64,000 nt of DNA from Candidatus Microgenomatus sp. (GTDB lineage Bacteria > Patescibacteriota > Microgenomatia > UBA8517): positions 21,415 to 85,414 of the forward strand of contig DYGT01000003.1 of assembly GCA_020724555.1 (NCBI GenBank). Reading direction: 5' to 3'. Below, in pieces: positions 38,364 through 47,300 of this stretch. Every line of letters starts with the position of its first letter. The stretch's first letter is position 1. A program made the translations under genes and the position numbers. The notes below the pieces were generated by a model. That model worked only from the letters and a program-made list of their open reading frames with translations, had not been told where the DNA came from and ran no database searches.

Positions 38364-38810
38364 CTAAAGCCATAAATTAAATAAATAAACTGTAGTGATT
38401 ACTGAAACTACGGTAATTACCTGACAGGTGATTTGATAGATAAACCAGATAGTATATTCATCATTGAAAATTTTATAGCCGGGCAGGGATTTGCCTGGCA
38501 TACGTTTAACCTCAGAAAATTGCTGATTGAAATAATAAATTGTTTCCCCAACGCTTCGCACAAGCCAAAAAACAGAAAAAATAAGCAAAAACAAAACCCA
38601 GTCATTTAAAGCCAAGCTAACAATCGCAGCTCCCAACCAAAACAGACCAAATATTACTCCATCTGCCCAAACAAATATTCCCAGAGGCAAGAGGGGATAG
38701 GTGATCCCCAGATTATTATTTTTATACTTACATTGATAGAGGCTAAAAATAAAAACCAGAAAATTAAATACGGCAAAAAGAGTTATAGATAAATTTTGCA
38801 AACTGGTCAT
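38364..38810 (-). CDS. small polytopic membrane protein, hypothetical
   Basis: Start moved to the internal Met (MTSLQNLSITLF...). The first 30 codons of the ORF-track model read through the 113-bp repeat copy in reverse orientation and are unlikely to be real. Confidence 0.45.
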   Translation of the reverse strand: MTSLQNLSITLFAVFNFLVFIFSLYQCKYKNNNLGITYPLLPLGIFVWADGVIFGLFWLGAAIVSLALNDWVLFLLIFSVFWLVRSVGETIYYFNQQFSEVKRMPGKSLPGYKIFNDEYTIWFIYQITCQVITVVSVITTVYLFNLWL

Positions 38811-38826
38811 GGTTGTATTATATACA

Positions 38827-38939
38827 AAAATTGCTTTCCCCAAATCATAGAAATCATCCGCCGCGACACTTCTCCGCCTTTGTACAATATCACCGAACAC
38901 CTAGCTTTCAGACTCTTTGGCGTCAGCGAAATTACCATC
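38827..38939 (+). pseudogene. orphan 5' fragment of a GT-C glycosyltransferase gene: 113-bp near-perfect direct-repeat copy A of 41264..41375
   Basis: Encodes PQIIEIIRRDTSPPLYNITEHLAFRLFGVSEITI, identical to residues about 30-63 of the intact GT-C protein at 41177..42535. A single-C insertion lies after position 38929. Confidence 0.75.
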
Positions 38940-38995
38940 CCGCGGGCTTTACGCCATTATGCACCAATTATTAATCTGGCGCGGGTTAAGAGAAG

Positions 38996-41086
38996 CTAAA
39001 ACGGATACCCTGAAACAAGCATATAGTAACCACCCTGTTTGGTAACCACGGCCACGGTTTTATTCACCATGTCAAGAACTGAGTTGGGAAGGACCTTCCA
39101 CACTTCACCATCTTGGGAATATGCAAGCTTAAGGTTACCCTCTGGAAGGTTGGGGTCTAGTTTAATGGGATCATACTTAATGGCCAATAAGTATGGTGTA
39201 GCAATAACCTCAGGCATGATTTTGGCGTCATTAAAAAATGACTTGTACCAAGCGTTGTAAATGCCGCTTGCCTGCCAATATGCCCCACTTACCCGTCTTG
39301 TTCCTGTCTGGGGGGTATGGGAGACGTCAAGGTATACATCCCACAAGAATGTCGCAGGCGGGGCAAAAGAAATTACATCATTTTTGACAGTGAATCCTGA
39401 GTGTGTGGCCAAAAGATCAGGCTTTTTGGGGGTAGGAGCCGGAGCACCCGGACCAGGGATGCTTCCCCCAAAGTTAGGGCCAAACTCGGAAGTGCTGCCA
39501 TTTTTGTTGGTGGCAAGGGCGGTGAAAGTGCTTAAGCTTCCTTTACTGTCCCCGGAAACCGTTACCTCCATGCTCCACATGCGCTCGGAAGTAGTCATTG
39601 TCCCTAAAGATTCAAGACACCCTCCATAGCCTGAGGAGTGATTTGAGGATTTACACACCTCAATGGTAAATGGCGCCTCAGCTAAATTCCCCTCCAGCCA
39701 TCCCCAGATTTTGTATTTTCCATTTCCCAGATATTCCGCCCCTTGGATTTCCGGGTAGTTCATAAGGTCGTTTGGACCGGTGTCAGTATCCCCAGGGTCG
39801 TTAGGTGTTACCGTATCGCGATCGTCCCCAGCCGTCAATAAAGCGATATCGAGATTTGCGTTTCCGAAAACCCTGTTTTCTCTAAAGGTAATGCCGGATG
39901 ACTGATTAAAATCGATGCTAATTCCATTGCCATTGTTATGGGCTACCACATTTTTTCGAATGAGAACATTTGATGAATCAGCGTCTCGAACGACTAAGCC
40001 AGCCCGGATAAATATACCGCTGAGTGCATCGAAATCAGGGTTTGTACCGATATAATTTCCTTGAACTGTAGTCTCTGAAACTTTCATCAGCCGGACCAAC
40101 CCTCGTTCTTCGGTCGTTATACAGGCAAAAATGTTTGCCTCTTCACTATCGGATACGCCATCGAAATTTGTGCCTATTTGATGCCCAGTACCATTATATA
40201 AGTAAAGGTGATTTCTATATCTATCTCCTCCAGCACATTGTTTTCCAGTCTTATCAACGCCGACGTAGTTTCCAGCAAAGACAAACTCAGAACTCGGTGG
40301 CGCCCCAGTAAACAGCTCGCTAACTAAAAATGTTCCTTTATTTCCAGCATTGTAGTTTGATCCCATGATCAAATTGCGCTCGCCAATATCATCGTTCCCA
40401 TCCCCATTGGTTCCGAAAGTATTTCGGTGTGAACCATTATGAAACAGAAAACTTGCATAATTACTTGAAGTTGAGCCGCTAATGTCACTACCGAAAAAAT
40501 TCCCGTCTATCCGATTGTCATTTGAAGAGTTAAAGAAAAACGTGGCTCTACCAGGATATGCTGATCGAATCGCCAATCCACTTATTCGGTTTTTATCACC
40601 TGTGAAGTTCATCCCATCGACGTTTGCATTAACGTAGAGAGCGATTGTCAATTTGGTATTTAGCGTCTCGCCGAAAGCTGCGGTGTTTCTGGATGCACCT
40701 GTTTGGGAATAGCCGTTTATGAAAACGCCTTCCTCATCCGAAAGTGCAAGTGTGCTGGTACTTTCAATTTCCCAATAAGCATGTACGTCACCGGAGGCCG
40801 GAACATAACCAGCGTCGGTATCTGGAATATCAAATTCAATGGTGTCGTGGCCGGCGTTGGCGTTGGCGGCGGCGATGGCTTCTCTGAGGGAACAGTCGGC
40901 GTCACAGACACCATCGTTGGTGTCTTCCGTTTTGGTGACCGTATAGGTTGCGGCGCGAACCAATGAATGATTATTAATAACTAATGGATAAAAAAACAAA
41001 AAAGCCAGACTCAAAAATAGACCGCCTAAGAAACCTATTAAGAGTTTATGTGAGTGAGTGAGTGAGTGGGTGGGTGAGCATTGCAT
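38996..41086 (-). CDS. secreted parallel beta-helix (pectate-lyase-like PbH1 repeat) protein with SSR-containing signal peptide, in-frame (phase-ON)
   Basis: MQCSPTHSLTHSHKLLIGFLGGLFLSLAFLFFYP leader is paralogous to the NHL gene leader. The body has repeated NxxxGNxxxxxxGxxI beta-helix rungs (NRIDGNFFG, ISIDFNQSSGITFRENRVFGN). Confidence 0.7.
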   Translation of the reverse strand: MQCSPTHSLTHSHKLLIGFLGGLFLSLAFLFFYPLVINNHSLVRAATYTVTKTEDTNDGVCDADCSLREAIAAANANAGHDTIEFDIPDTDAGYVPASGDVHAYWEIESTSTLALSDEEGVFINGYSQTGASRNTAAFGETLNTKLTIALYVNANVDGMNFTGDKNRISGLAIRSAYPGRATFFFNSSNDNRIDGNFFGSDISGSTSSNYASFLFHNGSHRNTFGTNGDGNDDIGERNLIMGSNYNAGNKGTFLVSELFTGAPPSSEFVFAGNYVGVDKTGKQCAGGDRYRNHLYLYNGTGHQIGTNFDGVSDSEEANIFACITTEERGLVRLMKVSETTVQGNYIGTNPDFDALSGIFIRAGLVVRDADSSNVLIRKNVVAHNNGNGISIDFNQSSGITFRENRVFGNANLDIALLTAGDDRDTVTPNDPGDTDTGPNDLMNYPEIQGAEYLGNGKYKIWGWLEGNLAEAPFTIEVCKSSNHSSGYGGCLESLGTMTTSERMWSMEVTVSGDSKGSLSTFTALATNKNGSTSEFGPNFGGSIPGPGAPAPTPKKPDLLATHSGFTVKNDVISFAPPATFLWDVYLDVSHTPQTGTRRVSGAYWQASGIYNAWYKSFFNDAKIMPEVIATPYLLAIKYDPIKLDPNLPEGNLKLAYSQDGEVWKVLPNSVLDMVNKTVAVVTKQGGYYMLVSGYPF
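41050..41078 (-). repeat. short, interrupted (GTGA)4-(GTGG)2-GTGA tract in the leader-peptide codons of the beta-helix gene
   Basis: gtgagtgagtgagtgagtgggtgggtgag, encodes the THSLTHS leader and is in frame with ATG 41086. Confidence 0.9.
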
Positions 41087-41176
41087 CTTAATTCATAATA
41101 TTTATTATTTTTCGACTTGTAAAGTCTTATTTTTATGCTTAAAACTTAAGTATCCCAAATTGCATTCCCAAGCGTT

Positions 41177-42535
41177 TTGCCGCTATATTTAAATATGAAC
41201 CAGTTTACAGCTCCTTTGTGGGGAGATGAGGCATTTTCCGCCATTTTGTCCATGAAATCTATCCCCCAAATCATAGAAATCATCCGCCGCGACACTTCTC
41301 CGCCTTTGTACAATATCACCGAACACCTAGCTTTCAGACTCTTTGGCGTCAGCGAAATTACCATCCGCGGGCTTTCTTTTTTTTATTATCTTTTAACCAT
41401 TGTTTTTGTCTTTTTAATCGCCAAATTAATCTGGGATAAAAAAACCGCCATTTTAGCTTCACTTTTAACCTTTTTTAACCCCTTTTTCTTTATTTATGCT
41501 TTTGAAGGAAGGATGTACGCGATCATGGCTTTGGGGGTAGCAGGCTCCATGTATTTTTTCCTAAAATTATTATTTGCTGCAAAAAAAACCAATAAAGCCC
41601 CAAAAGGAACCATCTTGGGCTACATTCTTGCAACCTCCTGGGCTTTGTACAGCCACCACTTTGCCATATTTATTGTCTTTATTCAGGGATTTTGGTGGCT
41701 CTTTGAATTAATCACAAAAAATTTCAAATTTATAAAATGGCAATTAATCGCGTTTCTTGGCACCGGAATTTTATATATACCCTGGCTTTTGCCTTTATAT
41801 GAGCAAACACAAATGGTAGGTGGGGGATTTTGGTTGGGTAAACCTACTTTAACAGATTTAAGAACATTAATTTATGAATACATTGCCACAGGCATCAAGC
41901 ACCCTTTGGCAGACTATGCCTTATACCTTAGTTTAACCGCACTACTCATCAGGCGCTGGGATAAAAATATCAAAATCAGCCTCATCCTCGCAACTTGGTT
42001 TTTAGGCCCAATCATTATGACATTTACAATCTCCCAATTTTTCCAGCCGGTTTTTTACAACAGATACCTTTTGTACACCATCCCGGCTTGGGGGCTTCTT
42101 ATTGCCGGCGCCAGAAGAAAAGTAATTTCTTTTATAATTATCGCCGGCATTTTGAGTCTTTTTATCCGCATTGATTGGCATTATTTTAATAATCCCACAA
42201 AACTTCCTTTTAACCAGCTTGCTCAGTTTGTTATTGAAAGTAAAAGAAACGACGATACTTTAATAAACTGGTCTGCCGGTTCACACCACTTATGGGAAAG
42301 CAAATTCTACGGGATTCCCGCCCCGATTTATGTAAAGGAAGGTGGGGGAGAGCTTCCTTTTTTTGTGGGTACGGCACTTATGGAAGAAACGGATGTAATA
42401 AAAACTTTGCCTGATGAAGGCCGAATTGGCGTTATCACGAGTGGCCCAGTTGAGGAAGTTGCCATTACTGGTTATACTGAAATTGAGAGCAAATCTTTTG
42501 GCAATCTTAAATTTATATGGCTAGAAAAAAATTAA
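41177..42535 (+). CDS. GT-C superfamily glycosyltransferase (PMT/ArnT-like) with N-terminal DE motif
   Basis: 452 aa, about 11 TM. WGDEAFSAILS catalytic DE motif in the first extracytoplasmic loop. Contains repeat copy B (41264..41375). Confidence 0.7.
   Translation: MPLYLNMNQFTAPLWGDEAFSAILSMKSIPQIIEIIRRDTSPPLYNITEHLAFRLFGVSEITIRGLSFFYYLLTIVFVFLIAKLIWDKKTAILASLLTFFNPFFFIYAFEGRMYAIMALGVAGSMYFFLKLLFAAKKTNKAPKGTILGYILATSWALYSHHFAIFIVFIQGFWWLFELITKNFKFIKWQLIAFLGTGILYIPWLLPLYEQTQMVGGGFWLGKPTLTDLRTLIYEYIATGIKHPLADYALYLSLTALLIRRWDKNIKISLILATWFLGPIIMTFTISQFFQPVFYNRYLLYTIPAWGLLIAGARRKVISFIIIAGILSLFIRIDWHYFNNPTKLPFNQLAQFVIESKRNDDTLINWSAGSHHLWESKFYGIPAPIYVKEGGGELPFFVGTALMEETDVIKTLPDEGRIGVITSGPVEEVAITGYTEIESKSFGNLKFIWLEKN
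41264..41375 (+). repeat. direct-repeat copy B (112 bp) inside the GT-C gene, identical to 38827..38939 except for 1 nt
   Basis: Base-by-base comparison of the two segments. Confidence 0.95.
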
Positions 42536-44025
42536 ACCAATTCCTAAACGCCATTCATACCCCGAACTGGGTTGCTCTTCTACTTTTAGGGCTATTTTTG
42601 CTTCGCATCCCTAGTTTTTTTGAGCCTTTTAATTATGGCGATGAAATGATTTATTTGACGCTTGGCCAGGGAATTAACAAAGGGCTTGTCTTATATAAAG
42701 ACATCCACGATAACAAACCTCCCCTTTTGTACCTTACCGCGGCTGTAGCTGGAAACGTTTTTTGGTTTAGGGTAATACTGGCATTTTGGATGATGGCTAC
42801 TACCATAATTTTTTGGAAGTTAACAGACAGGCTTTTTCCCAAAAATACAAAGCTTGTCAAAGCCGCCACAATCTTTTTTGGCATCTTTACGACCATTCCT
42901 TTGCTGGAAGGCCAAACCGCCAATGCTGAATTATTTTTAATAGGACCGGTTATCGCTGCTTTTTATCTGGTTGTTAACAAAAAGGCAAAACTTTGGCACT
43001 ACGCTTTCTCGGGGTTATTGTTTTCCATCGCTACATTATTTAAAGTTCCGGCGGCTTTTGATGGTTTAGCATTAATTTTTGTTTTGTTTATTCTTAGTAA
43101 AAATAAATTAAACAAAAAGGATTTCTTTCAAAAAAGCCTGTTGGTCTTGTTCGGCTTTATAACCCCAATTTTTGTGAGTTTTGTTTGGTACTGGTTGCGC
43201 GGCGCCTTGAATGAATATCTTGTTGCAGCATATTTACAAAATGTAGGTTATCTTTCCTCCTGGCGGCCCGGGGACGCCACTGAGCCTTTTATTGTGCGAA
43301 ACGCCCCGCTTCTTGCCAGGGGTGTCGTTATGTTTGCCGGTTATGCAATCCTTTATCTTTACCGCAAAAAATTGTCACTTCCCTTTTTACTGGGAAGCGC
43401 CTGGCTACTAAGCAGTCTTTTTGCCATAACTTTGTCGGAGCGGCCTTATCCTCATTACCTGGTGCAAGCCATTCCCGCGATTTCTCTCTTGTTTGGGATG
43501 CTACTTTTCAAAAAAGACATAGAACAAACCTTTACTATTATTCCCTTATTTTTGGCACTACTTGTACCTGTATATTATAATTTCTGGCACTATCCGACGC
43601 TACCTTACTACACACGATTTATTAATTTTGCAACGGGTGCTATTAACAAAGAAGAATACTTTAACCGTTTCGAAGGCAATGTTAACCGTAACTATGAAAT
43701 TGCCAAATTTTTACGCGAATCCAGTGCGCCTCACGATCGGGTATTTGTCTGGGGAGATGCGGCATCAACTATCTATGCTCTTTCAAGAAGACTGCCGCCA
43801 ATTAAATATGTAGCAACCTACCACATCAACGATTTCGCAAGCAAAGAAGAAATAATCACGGCCATAGATTCCCAAAAACCCGCATATGTTATAGTATTAT
43901 CCGAAGCTGAACATTTTAACGAACTTAATTCTTATTTAAATTTAAATTACATGCAAATAAAGACAATAGACGACGCCGTTATCTGGCGTCTTATTAATCC
44001 CCGGGTGCTGAGTATCATCCGCTAG
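42517..44025 (+). CDS. GT-C superfamily glycosyltransferase (ArnT/PMT-like), second paralog
   Basis: 502 aa, NYGDEMIYLTLGQ DE motif after TM1, about 12 TM, C-terminal soluble domain. Overlaps the upstream GT-C stop. Confidence 0.7.
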   Translation: MARKKLNQFLNAIHTPNWVALLLLGLFLLRIPSFFEPFNYGDEMIYLTLGQGINKGLVLYKDIHDNKPPLLYLTAAVAGNVFWFRVILAFWMMATTIIFWKLTDRLFPKNTKLVKAATIFFGIFTTIPLLEGQTANAELFLIGPVIAAFYLVVNKKAKLWHYAFSGLLFSIATLFKVPAAFDGLALIFVLFILSKNKLNKKDFFQKSLLVLFGFITPIFVSFVWYWLRGALNEYLVAAYLQNVGYLSSWRPGDATEPFIVRNAPLLARGVVMFAGYAILYLYRKKLSLPFLLGSAWLLSSLFAITLSERPYPHYLVQAIPAISLLFGMLLFKKDIEQTFTIIPLFLALLVPVYYNFWHYPTLPYYTRFINFATGAINKEEYFNRFEGNVNRNYEIAKFLRESSAPHDRVFVWGDAASTIYALSRRLPPIKYVATYHINDFASKEEIITAIDSQKPAYVIVLSEAEHFNELNSYLNLNYMQIKTIDDAVIWRLINPRVLSIIR

Positions 44026-44026
44026 T

Positions 44027-44392
44027 ATGAAGAAAAAAAAAATTTCTAACCTGCCAATTAGCCGGCTGGCATTCCCATCTACCTACTTAGTGGTACTGGT
44101 ATTTAATCTTTTAACAATAGCTTTAATATTTTTGCTAAAATCACAGCTTCCTCCTGAAATTCCGCTTTTTTATGGCAGGCCTTTTGGCCAAGAGCAACTG
44201 GCGCAAAGCATCAAGCTGATTATTCTGCCTATAACGGCTTTTGTTATTGCACTTTTTAATGCAATACTTAGCGTTGTTATAAGCAGCCGTTTTTTAACAC
44301 AAATACTTTTAGGGGTGGCGATTATCACCACCACCCTTGCCTTTATAGCCGTACTGCAGATTATATTTTTGGTAGGCAGCTTTTGGCCATGA
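44027..44392 (+). CDS. small 3-4 TM membrane protein (GtrA-like size/topology, unverified)
   Basis: 121 aa, sits between the GT-C genes and the WecA-like gene in the same operon. Confidence 0.4.
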   Translation: MKKKKISNLPISRLAFPSTYLVVLVFNLLTIALIFLLKSQLPPEIPLFYGRPFGQEQLAQSIKLIILPITAFVIALFNAILSVVISSRFLTQILLGVAIITTTLAFIAVLQIIFLVGSFWP

Positions 44393-45450
44393 ATCAAACA
44401 TTTCATCTAGCTTTTGTCGTTTCTGCTTTTTTAGCTTTTATCCTTACTTATCCTGTAATTAAATTGGCAAAAAAATGGGGGATTGTGGACGACCCCCAAA
44501 AAAACAAACACCCCAAAGTCACTCACACCTATCCGGTGCCAAGGGGAGGTGGTTTGGCAATATACTTAAGCTTGGTTATAAGCGCCTTATTTTTTTTACC
44601 ATTAGACCAACACTTATTGGGAATTATCCTTGGTGCCAGCGTCCTTCTCATCGTCGGCCTGCTGGATGACAAATTTGACCTTAACCCCTACCTCAGGCTG
44701 GGGGCTCAATTTTTAGCAGCATCTCTTCCTATTATGGCCGGCATCGGTATCGCATATATGACAAACCCTTTTGGTGGAATTATTGACCTTTCCCATCCAC
44801 AAATAAGTTTTTTTCTGTTTGGCGAAACCAGAAGTATTTGGATTTTGTCAGACTTGTTTGCCCTTTTTTGGATCGTCACTTTGATAAATTTCATAAATAT
44901 GGGCGCCAAAGGAGTAGACGGCCAGCTTCCCGGGGTCGCGGCTATCGCTGCTTTTACATTGGCTGTTTTATCTCTTCGTTTTTCTGCCGACATTACCGAA
45001 TGGCCGGTAATAATCCTTGCACTCATCACCGCCGGGGCATTTTTGGGTTTTTTACCTTGGAATATGTATCCGCAAAAAATAATGCCGAGTTTTTCAGGGT
45101 CTAACTTAGCCGGCTACATGCTGGGGATTCTTTCGATCTTAACAACCGCCAAAATCGGAACGCTTTTGTTGGTCTTGGGCATCCCGCTTATCGATACCAG
45201 TTTTACAATAATAAGGCGCATCTCCCACGGAAAATCGCCCGTCTGGGGGGATAGGGGACACCTTCACCATAAACTTTTGGATGCAGGCCTTCCGCGCAAA
45301 AGTATTGCTCCCATATATTGGCTGTTTACAGCAATTCTTGGCTTTGGTGCTTTATATTTGAACGCCACCAATAAGTTATATACAATATTGGGGATCTCAT
45401 TATTATTGGCGGGAATACTGCTATGGCTTACCTATCGACAAAAACATTAA
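44383..45450 (+). CDS. polyprenyl-phosphate N-acetylhexosamine-1-phosphate transferase (MraY/WecA/TagO GT4 family)
   Basis: GLLDDKFDL (DDxxD), NFINMGAKGVDGQLPG (NxxNxxDGxDGL), GDRGHLHHKLL (His-rich cytoplasmic loop). About 10 TM. Confidence 0.85.
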   Translation: MAMNQTFHLAFVVSAFLAFILTYPVIKLAKKWGIVDDPQKNKHPKVTHTYPVPRGGGLAIYLSLVISALFFLPLDQHLLGIILGASVLLIVGLLDDKFDLNPYLRLGAQFLAASLPIMAGIGIAYMTNPFGGIIDLSHPQISFFLFGETRSIWILSDLFALFWIVTLINFINMGAKGVDGQLPGVAAIAAFTLAVLSLRFSADITEWPVIILALITAGAFLGFLPWNMYPQKIMPSFSGSNLAGYMLGILSILTTAKIGTLLLVLGIPLIDTSFTIIRRISHGKSPVWGDRGHLHHKLLDAGLPRKSIAPIYWLFTAILGFGALYLNATNKLYTILGISLLLAGILLWLTYRQKH

Positions 45451-46373
45451 TTGGCTTAATCCGGGTTGCCAGGCCCGTACATTGGATCAAAAACTTAGGA
45501 ATTTTTGCAGCTATAATTTTTTCCGGAACCTTATTTGTGGAATCATATTTTATAAAAACTGTACTGGGATTTTTAATTTTTAACCTAGCCGCAAGCGCAA
45601 CTTACACCTTTAATGACCTCCTTGACGTCAAGCAAGATCGCCTGCATCCCATTAAAAAAAATCGGCCGATAGCAAACGGCAGTGTGCCTCCACCTTTAGC
45701 GCTGGCCTATGCCGCTTCATTAGCCTTAAGCGCCTTGGTTTTTGCCTACTTTTTGTCTTACCTTTTTTTCATTCTAATAGGTATTTATCTCGCCTTGCAG
45801 GTTGCCTATTCTTTGTACCTTAAAAATATTCCCGTAATTGACATTTTAATTATTGCGTCCGGTTTCATCATCCGCGTTTACTCAGGTGCTTTTCTTATAG
45901 ACGCACATTTATCCGTGTGGTTTCTTTTGTGTGTGGTATCGGTGGCTTTATTTTTGGCCTCTGGTAAAAGAAGAGCTGAAATCGGGGTAGTAAAAGAAAA
46001 GGGGAGTACACGAAAAGTTTTGTCTAAATATTCACCTGAACTACTTAATTCTTATGTAACTATGTTTGGCAATGCGGCGTGGATGAGCTGGGCATTGTTC
46101 ACTTTTTTTGAATCACCCGAGGCCAGCCGGCCTTTATGGCTTTTTTTGGCAGAACTATCGCGCACCACCACCATTAACAAACTTTTGATGACCACTGTAC
46201 CTGTAACAATATTCGGCATCATGCGTTACCAGAGTTTAATTTTCCAAAACCGCTCGGAAACTCCCGAAAAACTGCTTTTGACGGACCGCGCATTGATTTC
46301 TTCCGTTACGGTTTGGTTAGTGATGGTAATATCGATATTATATAGCGGCTTGGTTATTGGCTTTGCTCTTTAA
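45423..46373 (+). CDS. UbiA-family prenyltransferase, decaprenyl-phosphate 5-phosphoribosyltransferase (DPPR synthase, Rv3806c)-like
   Basis: NDLLDVKQDRLHPIKKNRPIANG matches the NDxxDxxxD...RP(I/L)AxG signature of DPPR-synthase-type UbiA enzymes. About 8 TM. Confidence 0.7.
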   Translation: MAYLSTKTLIGLIRVARPVHWIKNLGIFAAIIFSGTLFVESYFIKTVLGFLIFNLAASATYTFNDLLDVKQDRLHPIKKNRPIANGSVPPPLALAYAASLALSALVFAYFLSYLFFILIGIYLALQVAYSLYLKNIPVIDILIIASGFIIRVYSGAFLIDAHLSVWFLLCVVSVALFLASGKRRAEIGVVKEKGSTRKVLSKYSPELLNSYVTMFGNAAWMSWALFTFFESPEASRPLWLFLAELSRTTTINKLLMTTVPVTIFGIMRYQSLIFQNRSETPEKLLLTDRALISSVTVWLVMVISILYSGLVIGFAL

Positions 46374-47241
46374 GGGTAGCATACTGGGAAGATATCCAGC
46401 CGGTTGTTTCCTCATCGATTTGGATTTCATACCAATCTTCTTGTTTATCCAAAAGCAGGTATTCTTCACCCGGTTTCACTTGGGTTATCTCCGGGGCGCC
46501 GGTAGACGCCTCCGCCCGGACTCGTAAAAATCCGGTAGGCGTATCTAAAATTACCACCAATTCTTCGGCATTTTCATCAATTTCTTCCCCGTCTTTAGCT
46601 TCATCCGTTTGTGCCTCTTCTTCGGGTACTTTGGCCATTTCTACATAAGCAGTCAAACTATAACCCGATATTAACTGAACTGAAAACGATCTTTCTTTAT
46701 AGCCTTCTGCTTGCAACATTATCACATGGATCCCGGGGTCCAAATCATTATATTTAACAGGGGTTAAGTCAATATAATTTTGATCCACATAAAGACTGGC
46801 GCCTTCCGGCACGCTCACTACCGACAAACTTACATTCCCATTTGCTTCTTTTTCAAAGGATATTTCTTCGCCTTGACTCATGCCCTCCTCTGCCCCAAAT
46901 TCGCGTCGCACAATAGTTTCAACTCCTGAAGTTAAAAACACTTTCGTCTCATATGGCATCAGGGCTTGTTCAAAAGATTCCGGAACTAGCTTTAAATCAA
47001 TTTCATGCTCCTCAAATTCCCCTTCATAAGGGGTTTTGCCCACCTGTTCACCGTTCACAAAAACCTGGGAAACAGGATCTGTTTCAACCACAAGCATGGC
47101 TTTTGCAGGATTAATTACAAACCGCCAAACTAAAAAGGCGACTAAAGCCAGTACTAATAAGAATATTGCTATGAAAATAAATCTTTTTTTTCTCACGTCA
47201 CCCAGTTTAGCAAACACAAAAACTCTTGACAAATAAAACAA
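46354..47241 (-). CDS. membrane-anchored PEGA-domain + SH3b-domain protein
   Basis: N-terminal TM, PEGA-like beta-sandwich (MLVVETDPVSQVFVNGEQVGKTPYEGEF), acidic linker, C-terminal bacterial SH3 (GFLRVRAEASTGAPEITQVKPGEEYLLLDKQEDWYEI...GWISSQY). Confidence 0.6.
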   Translation of the reverse strand: MFYLSRVFVFAKLGDVRKKRFIFIAIFLLVLALVAFLVWRFVINPAKAMLVVETDPVSQVFVNGEQVGKTPYEGEFEEHEIDLKLVPESFEQALMPYETKVFLTSGVETIVRREFGAEEGMSQGEEISFEKEANGNVSLSVVSVPEGASLYVDQNYIDLTPVKYNDLDPGIHVIMLQAEGYKERSFSVQLISGYSLTAYVEMAKVPEEEAQTDEAKDGEEIDENAEELVVILDTPTGFLRVRAEASTGAPEITQVKPGEEYLLLDKQEDWYEIQIDEETTGWISSQYATLKEQSQ

Positions 47242-47285
47242 ATATTTTTAATATGTAATTAGCACTCACACCATGTGAGCGCCAA
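47226..47285 (+). promoter_or_regulatory. sigma70-like promoter (TTGACA-17-TAATAT, 47226..47254) followed by a CIRCE-like operator with a degenerate right arm (TTAGCACTC-N9-GAGCGCCAA, 47259..47285) upstream of the sHSP gene
   Basis: Read directly. Left arm perfect, 9-nt spacer, right arm has 2 mismatches to GAGTGCTAA. Confidence 0.55.
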
Positions 47286-47300
47286 AAGGAGGTGAAAAAT

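Noticed and set aside
38796-38999. ORF 38796..38999 (+) as a functional small gene
   Set aside because: Its conserved part is exactly the duplicated 113-bp GT-C fragment followed by out-of-context residues. It is better explained as a pseudogene remnant.
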